Positions 1 to 12,000 of a DNA stretch of 64,000 nt are shown here, piece by piece. The DNA is taken from NCBI RefSeq assembly GCF_963921235.1, contig NC_086107.1, positions 115,508,001 to 115,572,000 of the forward strand. The letters run 5' to 3'. The notes below the pieces were generated by a model that saw only the letters and a program-made list of their open reading frames with translations, was not told the DNA's origin and searched no databases. The position numbers were made by a program, and so were the translations under genes. This DNA comes from Mobula hypostoma. Its lineage: Eukaryota. Position 1 is the stretch's first letter, and the number at the start of each line of letters is the position of its first letter.

Positions 1-3000
1 GGGGAGGAGAGAGAATGTCTGGGGTGGGGGGTTGGGGAGGAGAGAGAATGTCCGGGGGGGGGTTGGGGGGGGAGAGAGAATGTCTGGGGTGGGGGGTTGG
101 GGAGGAGAGAGAATGTCCGGGGGGGGGGGTTGGGGAGGAGAGAGAATGTCCGGGGTGGGGGGGGTTGGGGAGGAGAGAGAATGTCTGGGGTGGGGGGGGT
201 TGGGGAGGAGAGAGAATGTCTGGGGTGGGGGGGGTTGGGGAGGAGAGAGAATGTCTGGGGTGGGGGGGGTTGGGGAGGAGAGAGAATGTCTGGGGTGGGG
301 GGGGTTGGGGAGGAGAGAGAATGTTTGGGGTGGGGGGGGTTGGGGAGGAGAGAGAATGTCCGGGGGGGGTTGGGGGGGGAAGAGAGAATGTCTGGGGTGG
401 TGGGGATTGGGGAGGAGGGAGAATGTCCGGGGTGGGGGGGGGGTTGGGGAGGAGAGAGAATGTCTGGGGTGGGGGGGTGAGAGAATGTCCGGGGTGGGGG
501 GGAGAGAGAATGTCCGGGGTGGGGGGCGGGGTTGGGGAGGAGAGAGAATGTCTGGGGTGGGGGGGGGGTTGGGGAGGAGAGAGAATGTCCGGGGGGGGGG
601 GTTGGGAAGGAGAGAGAAGGTCTGGGGTGGGGGGGGGTTGGGGAGGAGAATGTCTGGGGTGGGGGGGGTTGGGGAGGAGAGAGAATGTCCGGGGGGGGGG
701 TTTGGGGAGGAGAGAGAATGTCTGAGGTGGGGGGGTATTGGGGAGGAGAGAGAATGTCTGGGGGGGGGGTGGGGGGGAGAGAGAATGTCTGGGGTGGGGG
801 GGGTTGGGGAGGAGAGAGAATGTCTGGGGTGGGGGGGGTTGGGGAGGAGAGAGAATGTCTGGGGTGGGGGGGTTGGGGAGGAGAGAGAATGTCTGGGGTG
901 GGGGGTTGGGGAGGAGAGAGAATGTCTGGGGTGGGGGGTTGGGAAGGAGAGAGAATGTCCGGGGGGGGGTTGGGGGGGAGAGAGAATGTCCGGGGTGGGG
1001 GGGGGAGTTGGGGAGGAGAGAGAATGTCTGGGGTGGGGGTTGGGTAGGAGAGAGAATGTCTGGGGTGGGAGGGGTTGGGGAGGAGAGAGAATGTCCGGGG
1101 TGGGGGGGAGAGAGAATGTCCGGGGGGGGGGTTGGGGGGGAGAGAGAATGTCTGGGGTGGGGGGTTGGGGAGGAGAGAGAATGTCTGGGGTGGGGGGGGT
1201 TGGGGAGGAGAGAGAATGTCTGGGGTGGGGGGGGTTGGGGAGGAGAGAGAATGTCTGGGGTGGGGGGGGTTGGGGAGGAGAGAGAATGTTTGGGGTGGGG
1301 GGGGTTGGGGAGGAGAGAGAATGTCCGGGGGGGGGTTGGGGGGGAGAGAGAATGTCTGGGGTGGTGGGGATTGGGGAGGAGAGAGAATGTCCGGGGTGGG
1401 GGGGGGTTGGGGAGGAGAGAGAATGTCTGGGGTGGGGGGGAGAGAGAATGTCCGGGGTGGGGGGAGAGAGAATGTCCGGGGTGGGGGGGGGGTTGGGGAG
1501 GAGAGAGAATGTCTGGGGTGGGGGGGGGGTTGGGGAGGAGAGAGAATGTCCGGGGGGGGGTTGGGGAGGAGAGAGAATGTCTGGGGTGGGGGGGGTTGGG
1601 GAGGAGAGAGAATGTCTGGGGTGGGGGGGGTTGGGGAGGAGAGAGAATGTCTGGGGTGGGGGGGGTTGGGGAGGAGAGAGAATGTCTGGGGTGGGGGGGG
1701 TTGGGGAGGAGAGAGAATGTCCGGGGTGGGGGGGCGGTTGGGGAGGAGAGAGAATGTCCAGGGTGGGGGGGGGGTTGGGGAGGAGAGAGAATGTCTGGGG
1801 TGGGGGGTTGGGGAGGAGAGAGAATGTCCGGGGTGGGGGGGGGGATTGGGGAGGAGAGAGAATGTCTGGGGTGGGGGGTTGGGGAGGAGAGAGAATGTTT
1901 TGGGGTGGGGGGTTGGGGAGGAGAGAGAATGTCTGGGGTGGGGGGTTGGGAAGGAGAGAGAATGTCCAGGGGGGGGTTGGGGGGGAGAGAGAATGTCCGG
2001 GGTGGGGGGGAGTTGGGGAGGAGAGAGAATGTCTGAGGTGGGGGTTGGGGAGGAGAGAGAATGTCTGGGGTGGGAGGGGTTGGGGAGGAGAGAGAATGTC
2101 TGGGGTGGGGGGGGAGTTGGGGAGGAGAGAGAATGTCTGGGGGGGGTTGGGGAGGAGAGAGAATGTCCGTGGTGGGGGGGGGTTTGGGGAGGAGAGAGAA
2201 TGTCCGGGGTGGGGGGGGGGTTTGGGGAGGAGAGAGAATGTCCGGGGTGGGGGGAGGAGAGAGAATGTCCGGGGTGGGGGGGGGTTGGGGAGGAGAGAGA
2301 ATGTCCGGGGTGGGGGGGGGGGTTGGGGAGGAGAGAGAATGTCTGGGGTGGGGGGGTTGGGGAGGAGAGAGAATGTCTGGGATGGGGGTTGGGGAGTAGA
2401 GAGAATGTCTGGGGTGGGGGGAGAGAGAATGTCCGGGGTGGGGGGGTTGGGGAGGAGAGAGAATGTCTGGGGTGGGGGGGGGGTTGGGGAGGAGAGAGAA
2501 TGTCTGGGGTGGGGGGTTGGGGAGGAGAGAGAATGTCCGAGGGGGGGGTTGGGGAGGAGAGAGAATGTCTGGGGTGGGGGGGGTTGGGGAGGAGAGAGAA
2601 TGTCTGGGATGGGGGGTTGGGGAGGAGAGAGAATGTCCGGGGTGGGGGGTTGGGGAGGAGAGAGAATGTCCGGGGGGGGTTTGAGGAGGAGAAAGAATGT
2701 CCGGGATGGGGGGGGGGATTGGGGAGGAGAGAGAATGTCTTGGGTGAGGGGTTGGGGAGGAGAGAGAATGTCCGGGGGGGGGGGTTGGGGAGGAGAGAGA
2801 ATGTCCGGGGTGGGGGGGGTTGGGGAGGAGAGAGAATGTCTGGGGTGGGGGGGGTTGGGGAGGAGAGAGAATGTCTGGGGTGGGGGGGGTTGGGGAGGAG
2901 AGAGAATGTCTGGGGTGGGGGGGGTTGGGGAGGAGAGAGAATGTCTGGGGTGGGGGGGGTTGGGGAGGAGAGAGAATGTTTGCGTTGGGGGGGGGTTGGG

Positions 3001-6000
3001 GAGGAGAGAGAATGTCCGGGGGGGGTTGGGGGGGGAAGAGAGAATGTCTGGGGTGGTGGGGATTGGGGAGGAGGGAGAATGTCCGGGGTGGGGGGGGGGT
3101 TGGGGAGGAGAGAGAATGTCTGGGGTGGGGGGAGAGAGAATGTCCGGGGTGGGGGGGAGAGAGAATGACCGGGGTGGGGGGGGGGTTGGGGAGGAGAGAG
3201 AATGTCTGGGGTGGGGGGGGGGGAGGAGAGAGAATGTCCGGGGGGGGGTTGGGGAGGAGAGAGAATGTCTGGGGTGGGGGGGGGTTGGGGAGGAGAATGT
3301 CTGGGGTGGGGGGGGTTGGGGAGGAGAGAGAATGTCTGGGGTGGGGGGGGTTGGGGAGGAGAGAGAATGTCTGGGGTGGGGGGGGTTGGGGAGGAGAGAG
3401 AATGTCTGGGGTGGGGGGTTGGGGAGGAGAGAGAATGTCCGGGGGGGGGTTGGGGAGAAGAGAGAATGTCTGGGGTGGGGGGGGTTGGGGAGGAGAGAGA
3501 ATGTCTGGGATGGGGGGTTGGGGAGGAGAGAGAATGTCCGGGGTGGGGGGTTGGGGAGGAGAGAGAATGTCCGGGGTGGGGGGGGGGGTTGGGGAGGAGA
3601 GAGAATGTCCAGGGTGGGGGAGGGTTGGGGAGGAGAGAGAATGTCTGGGGTGGGGGGTTGGGGAGGAGAGAGAATGTCCGGGGTGGGGGGGGGATTGGGG
3701 AGGAGAGAGAATGTCTGGGGTGGGGGGTTGGGGAGGAGAGAGAATGTTTTGGGGTGGGGGGTTGGGGAGGAGAGAGAATGTCTGGGGTGGGGGGTTGGGA
3801 AGGAGAGAGAATGTCCAGGGGGGGGTTGGGGGGGAGAGAGAATGTCCGGGGTGGGGGGGAGTTGGGGAGGAGAGAGAATGTCTGAGGTGGGGGTTGGGGA
3901 GGAGAGAGAATGTCTGGGGTGGGAGGGGTTGGGGAGGAGAGAGAATGTCTGGGGTGGGGGGGGGTTGGGGAGGAGAGAGAATGTCCGGGGTGGGGGGGGG
4001 TTGGGGAGGAGAGAGAATGTCCGGGGTGGGGGGGGGTTTGGGGAGGAGAGAGAATGTCCGGGGTGGGGGGGGTTGGGGAGGAGAGAGAATGTCCGGGGTG
4101 GGGGGGGGGGTTGGGGAGGAGAGAGAATGTCCGGGGTGGGGGGGGGGGTTGGGGAGGAGAGAGAATGTCTGGGGTGGGGGGGGTTGGGGAGGAGAGAGAA
4201 TGTCTGGGATGGGGGTTGGGGAGTAGAGAGAATGTCTGGGGTGGGTGGGGTTGGGGAGGAGAGAGAATGTCCGAGGGGGGGGTTGGGGAGGAGAGAGAAT
4301 GTCTGGGGTGGGGGGGGTTGGGGAGGAGAGAGAATGTCCGGGGTGGGGGGGGGTTGGGGAGGAGAGAGAATGTCCAGGGTGGGGGGGGGTTGGGGAGGAG
4401 AGAGAATGTCTGGGGTGGGGGGTTGGGGAGGAGAGAGAATGTCCGGGGTGGGGGGTTGGGGAGGAGAGAGAATGTCCGGGGGGGGGGGTTGGGGAGGAGA
4501 GAGAATGTCCGGGGTGGGGGGGGGGGATTGGGGAGGAGAGAGAATGTCTGGGGTGGGGGGTTGGGGAGGAGAGAGAATGTCTGGGGGGGGGGTTGGGAAG
4601 GAGAGAGAATGTCCGGGGGGGGGGTTGGGGGGGAGAGAGAATGTCCGGGGTGGGGGGGAGAGAGAATGTCTGGGGTGGGGGTTGGGGAGGAGAGAGAATG
4701 TCTGGGGTGGGGGGGGTTGGGGAGGAGAGAGAATGTCTGGGGTGGGGGGTTGGGGAGGAGAGAGAATGTCTGGGGGGGTGGGGAGGAGAGAGATGGGGGG
4801 GGTGGGAGGAGAGAGAATGTCCGGGGTGGGGGGGGGGTTTGGGGAGGAGAGAGAATGTCCGGGGTTGGGGAGGAGAGAGCATGTCCAGGGTGGGGGGGGG
4901 TTGGGGAGGAGAGAGAATGTCTGGGGTGGGGGTTGGGGAGGAGAGAGAATGTCTGGGGTGGGAGGGGTTGGGGAGGAGAGAGATGTCTGGGGTGGGGGGG
5001 GGTTGGGGAGGAGAGAGAATGTCTGGGGGGGGTTTGGGGAGGAGAGAGTATGTCCAGGGTGGGGGGGGGTTGGGGAGGAGAGAGAATGTCGGGGGTGGGG
5101 GGGGTTTGGGGAGGAGAGAGAATGTCCGGGGTGGGGGGAGAAGAGAGAATGTCCGGGGTGGGGGGGGTTGGGGAGGAGAGAGAATGTCCGGGGTGGGGGG
5201 GGGGTTGGGGAGGAGAGAGAATGTCCAGGGTGGGGGGGGGTTGGGGAGGAGAGAGAATGTCTGGGGTGGGGGGTTGGGGAGGAGAGAGAATGTCCGGGGT
5301 GGGGGGTTGGGGAGGAGAGAGAATGTCCGGGGGGGGGGGTTGAGGAGGAGAGAGAATGTCCGGGGTGGGGGGGGGTGGGGATTGGGGAGGAGAGAGAATG
5401 TCTGGGGTGGGGGGTTGGGGAGGAGAGAGAATGTATGGGGTGGGGGGTTGGGAAGGAGAGAGAATGTCCGGGGGGGGTTGGGGGGGAGAGAGAATGTCCG
5501 GGGTGGGGGGGAGAGAGAATGTCTGGGGTGGGGGTTGGGGAGGAGAGAGAATGTCTGGGGTGGGAGGGGTTGGGGAGGAGAGAGAATGTCTGGGGTGGGG
5601 GGGGGGTTGGGGAGGAGAGAGAATGTCTGGGGGGGGGTTGGGGAGGAGAGAGAATGTCCGGGGTGGGGGGGGGGTTTGGGGAGGAGAGAGAATGTCCGGG
5701 GTTGGGGAGGAGAGAGAATGTCCGGGGTGGGGGGGGGTTGGGGAGGAGAGAGAATGTCCGGGGTGGGGGGGGTTGGGGAGGAGAGAGAATGTCTGGGGTG
5801 GAGGGGGTTGGGGAGGAGAGAGAATGTCTGGGGTGGGGGTTGGGGAGGAGAGAGAATGTCTGGGGTGGGGGGGTTGGGGAGGAGAGAGAATGTCTGGGGT
5901 GGGGGTTGGGGAGGAGAGAGAATGTCTGGGGTGGGGGGTGTTGGGGAGGAGAGAGAATGTCTGGGGTGTGGGGTTGGGGGGTGTTGGGGAGGAGAGAGAA

Positions 6001-9000
6001 TGTCTGGGGTGGGGGGGGGGGTTGGACAGGAGAGAGAATGTCTGGGATGGGGGGTTGGGGAGGAGAGAGAATGTCCGGGGTGGGGGGTTGGGGAGGAGAG
6101 AGAATGTCCGGGGGGGGTTTGAGGAGGAGAGAGAATGTCCGGGGTGGGGGGGGGGATTGGGGAGGAGAGAGAATGTCTTGGGTGGGGGGTTGGGGAGGAG
6201 AGAGAATGTCTGGGGTGGGGGGTTGGGGAGGAGAGAGAATGTCTGGGGTGGGGGGTTGGGAAGGAGAGAGAATGTCCGGGGGGGGGTTGGGGGGGAGAGA
6301 GAATGTCCGGGGTGGGGGGGGGAGTTGGGGAGGAGAGAGAATGTCTGGGGTGGGGGTTGGGTAGGAGAGAGAATGTCTGGGGTGGGAGGGGTTGGGGAGG
6401 AGAGAGAATGTCCGGGGTGGGGGGGGAGAGAGAATGTCCGGGGGGGGTTGGGGGGGAGAGAGAATGTCTGGGGTGGGGGGTTGGGGAGGAGAGAGAATGT
6501 CCGGGGGGGGGGTTGGGGAGGAGAGAGAATGTCCGGGGTGGGGGGGGTTGGGGAGGAGAGAGAATGTCTGGGGTGGGGGGGGTTGGGGAGGAGAGAGAAT
6601 GTCTGGGGTGGGGGGGGGTTGGGGAGGAGAGAGAATGTCTGGGGTGGGGGTGGGTTGGGGAGGAGAGAGAATGTCTGGGGTGGGGGGGGTTGGGGAGGAG
6701 AGAGAATGTTTGGGGTGGGGGGGGTTGGGGAGGAGAGAGAATGTCTGGGGTGGGGGGGTTGGGGAGGAGAGAGAATGTCTGGGGTGGGGGGGGGTTGGGG
6801 AGGAGAGAGAATGTCCGGGGTGGGGGGGGGTTGGGGAGGAGAGAGAATGTCCAGGGTGGGGGGGGGGTTGGGGAGGAGAGAGAATGTCTGGGGTGGGGGG
6901 TTGGGGAGGAGAGAGAATGTCCGGGGGGGGGGTTGGGGAGGAGAGAGAATGTCCGGGGGGGGGGTTGAGGAGGAGAGAGAATGTCCGGGGGGGGGGGTTG
7001 AGGAGGAGAGAGAATGTCCGGGGTGGGGGGGGGTGGGGATTGGGGAGGAGAGAGAATGTCTGGGGGGGGGGTTGGGGAGGAGAGAGAATGTCTGGGGTGG
7101 GGGGTTGGGAAGGAGAGAGAATTGTCCGGGGGGGGTTGGGGGGGAGAGAGAATGTCCGGGGTGGGGGGGAGAGAGAATGTCTGGGGTGGGGGTTGGGGAG
7201 GAGAGAGAATGTCTGGGGTGGGAGGGGTTGGGGAGGAGAGAGAATGTCTGGGGTGGGGGGGGGGTTGGGGAGGAGAGAGAATGTCTGGGGGGGGGTTGGG
7301 GAGGAGAGAGAATGTCCGGGGTGGGGGGGGGGTTTGGGGAGGAGAGAGAATGTCCGGGGTTGGGGAGGAGAGAGAATGTCCGGGGTGGGGGGGGGGTTGG
7401 GGAGGAGAGAGAATGTCCGGGGTGGGGGGGGTTGGGGAGGAGAGAGAATGTCTGGGGTGGAGGGGGTTGGGGAGGAGAGAGAATGTCTGGGGTGGGGGTT
7501 GGGGAGGAGAGAGAATGTCTGGGGTGGGGGGGTTGAGGAGGAGAGAGAATGTCTGGGGTGGGGGTTGGGGAGGAGAGAGAATGTCTGGGGTGGGGGGTGT
7601 TGGGGAGGAGAGAGAATGTCTGGGGTGTGGGGTTGGGGGGTGTTGGGGAGGAGAGAGAATGTCTGGGGTGGGGGGGGGGTTGGACAGGAGAGAGAATGTC
7701 TGGGGTGGGGGGTTGGGGAGGAGAGAGAATGTCTGGGGTGGGGGGTTGGGAAGGAGAGAGAATGTCCGGGGGGGGGTTGGGGGGGAGAGAGAATGTCCGG
7801 GGTGGGGGGGGGAGTTGGGGAGGAGAGAGAATGTCTGGGGTGGGGGTTGGGTAGGAGAGAGAATGTCTGGGGTGGGAGGGGTTGGGGAGGAGAGAGAATG
7901 TCCGGGGTGGGGGGGGGAGAGAGAATGTCCGGGGGGGGTTGGGGGGGAGAGAGAATGTCTGGGGTGGGGGGTTGGGGAGGAGAGAGAATGTCCGGGGGGG
8001 GGGTTGGGGAGGAGAGAGAATGTCCGGGGTGGGGGGGGTTGGGGAGGAGAGAGAATGTCTGGGGTGGGGGGGGTTGGGGAGGAGAGAGAATGTCTGGGGT
8101 GGGGGGGGGTTGGGGAGGAGAGAGAATGTCTGGGGTGGGGGGGGGTTGGGGAGGAGAGAGAATGTCTGGGGTGGGGGGGGTTGGGGAGGAGAGAGAATGT
8201 TTGGGGTGGGGGGGGTTGGGGAGGAGAGAGAATGTCCGGGGGGGGGGTTGGGGGGGGGAGAGAGAATGTCTGGGGTGGTGGGGATTGGGGAGGAGAGAGA
8301 ATGTCCGGGGTGGGGGGGGGGTTGGGGAGGAGAGAGAATGTCCGGGGTGGGGGGGAGAGAGAATGTCCGGGTTGGGGGGGAGAGAGAATGTCCGGGGTGG
8401 GGGGGGGGGTTTTGGGGAGGAGAGAGAATGTCTGGGGTGGGGGGGGGGGGTGGGGAGGAGAGAGAATGTCCGGGGGGGGGGTTGGGGAGGAGAGAGAATG
8501 TCTGGGGCGGGGGGGGGGTTGGGGAGGAGAATGTCTGGGGTGGGGGGGGTTGGGGAGGAGAGAGAATGTCTGGGGTGGGGGGGTTGGGGAGGAGAGAGAA
8601 TGTCTGGGGTGGGGGGGGGTTGGGGAGGAGAGAGAATGTCCGGGGTGGGGGGGGGGTTGGGGAGGAGAGAGAATGTCCAGGGTGGGGGGGGGGTTGGGGA
8701 GGAGAGAGAATGTCTGGGGTGGGGGGTTGGGGAGGAGAGAGAATGTCCGGGGTGGGGGGTTGGGGAGGAGAGAGAATGTCCGGGGGGGGGGTTGAGGAGG
8801 AGAGAGAATGTCCGGGGTGGGGGGGGGGATTGGGGAGGAGAGAGAATGTCTGGGGTGGGGGGTTGGGTAGGAGAGAGAATGTCTGGGGTGGGGGGTTGGG
8901 AAGGAGAGAGAATGTCCGGGGGGGGTTGGGGGGGAGAGAGAATGTCCGGGGTGGGGGGGAGAGAGAATGTCTGGGGTGGGGGTTGGGGAGGAGAGAGAAT

Positions 9001-12000
9001 GTCTGGGGTGGGAGGGGTTGGGGAGGAGAGAGAATGTCTGGGGTGGGGGGGGTTGGGGAGGAGAGAGAATGTCTGGGGGGGGGGTTGGGGAGGAGAGAGA
9101 ATGTCCGGGGTGGGGGGGGGGGTTTGGGGAGGAGAGAGAATGTCCGGGGGGGGGGGGGTTTGGGGAGGAGAGAGAATGTCTGAGGTGGGGGGGTATTGGG
9201 GAGGAGAGAGAATGTCTGGGGGGGGGGTGGGGGGGAGAGAGAATGTCTGGGGTGGGGGGGGTTGGGGAGGAGAGAGAATGTCTGGGGTGGGGGGGGTTGG
9301 GGAGGAGAGAGAATGTCTGGGGTGGGGGGGTTGGGGAGGAGAGAGAATGTCTGGGGTGGGGGGTTGGGGAGGAGAGAGAATGTCTGGGGTGGGGGGTTGG
9401 GAAGGAGAGAGAATGTCCGGGGGGGGGTTGGGGGGGAGAGAGAATGTCCGGGGTGGGGGGGGGAGTTGGGGAGGAGAGAGAATGTCTGGGGTGGGGGTTG
9501 GGTAGGAGAGAGAATGTCTGGGGTGGGAGGGGTTGGGGAGGAGAGAGAATGTCCGGGGTGGGGGGGGAGAGAGAATGTCCGGGGGGGGGTTGGGGGGGAG
9601 AGAGAATGTCTGGGGTGGGGGGTGGGGGAGGAGAGAGAATGTCTGGGGTGGGGGGGGTTGGGGAGGAGAGAGAATGTCTGGGGTGGGGGGGGTTGGGGAG
9701 GAGAGAGAATGTCTGGGGTGGGGGGGGTTGGGGAGGAGAGAGAATGTTTGGGGTGGGGGGGGTTGGGGAGGAGAGAGAATGTCCGGGGGGGGGTTGGGGG
9801 GGAGAGAGAATGTCTGGGGTGGTGGGGATTGGGGAGGAGAGAGAATGTCCGGGGTGGGGGGGGGTTGGGGAGGAGAGAGAATGTCTGGGGTGGGGGGGAG
9901 AGAGAATGTCCGGGGTGGGGGGGAGAGAGAATGTCCGGGGTGGGGGGGGGGTTGGGGAGGAGAGAGAATGTCTGGGGTGGGGGGGGGGTTGGGGAGGAGA
10001 GAGAATGTCCGGGGGGGGGTTGGGGAGGAGAGAGAATGTCTGGGGTGGGGGGGGTTGGGGAGGAGAGAGAATGTCTGGGGTGGGGGGGGTTGGGGAGGAG
10101 AGAGAATGTCTGGGGTGGGGGGGGTTGGGGAGGAGAGAGAATGTCTGGGGTGGGGGGGGTTGGGGAGGAGAGAGAATGTCCGGGGTGGGGGGGCGGTTGG
10201 GGAGGAGAGAGAATGTCCAGGGTGGGGGGGGGGTTGGGGAGGAGAGAGAATGTCTGGGGTGGGGGGTTGGGGAGGAGAGAGAATGTCCGGGGTGGGGGGG
10301 GGGATTGGGGAGGAGAGAGAATGTCTGGGGTGGGGGGTTGGGGAGGAGAGAGAATGTTTTGGGGTGGGGGGTTGGGGAGGAGAGAGAATGTCTGGGGTGG
10401 GGGGTTGGGAAGGAGAGAGAATGTCCAGGGGGGGGTTGGGGGGGAGAGAGAATGTCCGGGGTGGGGGGGAGTTGGGGAGGAGAGAGAATGTCTGAGGTGG
10501 GGGTTGGGGAGGAGAGAGAATGTCTGGGGTGGGAGGGGTTGGGGAGGAGAGAGAATGTCTGGGGTGGGGGGGGAGTTGGGGAGGAGAGAGAATGTCTGGG
10601 GGGGGTTGGGGAGGAGAGAGAATGTCCGTGGTGGGGGGGGGTTTGGGGAGGAGAGAGAATGTCCGGGGTGGGGGGGGGGTTTGGGGAGGAGAGAGAATGT
10701 CCGGGGTGGGGGGAGGAGAGAGAATGTCCGGGGTGGGGGGGGGTTGGGGAGGAGAGAGAATGTCCGGGGTGGGGGGGGGGGTTGGGGAGGAGAGAGAATG
10801 TCTGGGGTGGGGGGTTGGGAAGGAGAGAGAATGTCCGGGGGGGGGTTGGGGGGGAGAGAGAATGTCCGGGGTGGGGGGGGGAGTTGGGGAGGAGAGAGAA
10901 TGTCTGGGGTGGGGGTTGGGTAGGAGAGAGAATGTCTGGGGTGGGAGGGGTTGGGGAGGAGAGAGAATGTCCGGGGTGGGGGGGAGAGAGAATGTCCGGG
11001 GGGGGGTTGGGGGGGAGAGAGAATGTCTGGGGTGGGGGGTTGGGGAGGAGAGAGAATGTCTGGGGTGGGGGGGGTTGGGGAGGAGAGAGAATGTCTGGGG
11101 TGGGGGGGGTTGGGGAGGAGAGAGAATGTCTGGGGTGGGGGGGGTTGGGGAGGAGAGAGAATGTTTGGGGTGGGGGGGGTTGGGGAGGAGAGAGAATGTC
11201 CGGGGGGGGGTTGGGGGGGAGAGAGAATGTCTGGGGTGGTGGGGATTGGGGAGGAGAGAGAATGTCCGGGGTGGGGGGGGGTTGGGGAGGAGAGAGAATG
11301 TCTGGGGTGGGGGGGAGAGAGAATGTCCGGGGTGGGGGGGAGAGAGAATGTCCGGGGTGGGGGGGGGGTTGGGGAGGAGAGAGAATGTCTGGGGTGGGGG
11401 GGGGGTTGGGGAGGAGAGAGAATGTCCGGGGGGGGGTTGGGGAGGAGAGAGAATGTCTGGGGTGGGGGGGGTTGGGGAGGAGAGAGAATGTCTGGGGTGG
11501 GGGGGGTTGGGGAGGAGAGAGAATGTCTGGGGTGGGGGGGGTTGGGGAGGAGAGAGAATGTCTGGGGTGGGGGGGGTTGGGGAGGAGAGAGAATGTCCGG
11601 GGTGGGGGGGCGGTTGGGGAGGAGAGAGAATGTCCAGGGTGGGGGGGGGGTTGGGGAGGAGAGAGAATGTCTGGGGTGGGGGGTTGGGGAGGAGAGAGAA
11701 TGTCCGGGGTGGGGGGGGGGATTGGGGAGGAGAGAGAATGTCTGGGGTGGGGGGTTGGGGAGGAGAGAGAATGTTTTGGGGTGGGGGGTTGGGGAGGAGA
11801 GAGAATGTCTGGGGTGGGGGGTTGGGAAGGAGAGAGAATGTCCAGGGGGGGGTTGGGGGGGAGAGAGAATGTCCGGGGTGGGGGGGAGTTGGGGAGGAGA
11901 GAGAATGTCTGAGGTGGGGGTTGGGGAGGAGAGAGAATGTCTGGGGTGGGAGGGGTTGGGGAGGAGAGAGAATGTCTGGGGTGGGGGGGGAGTTGGGGAG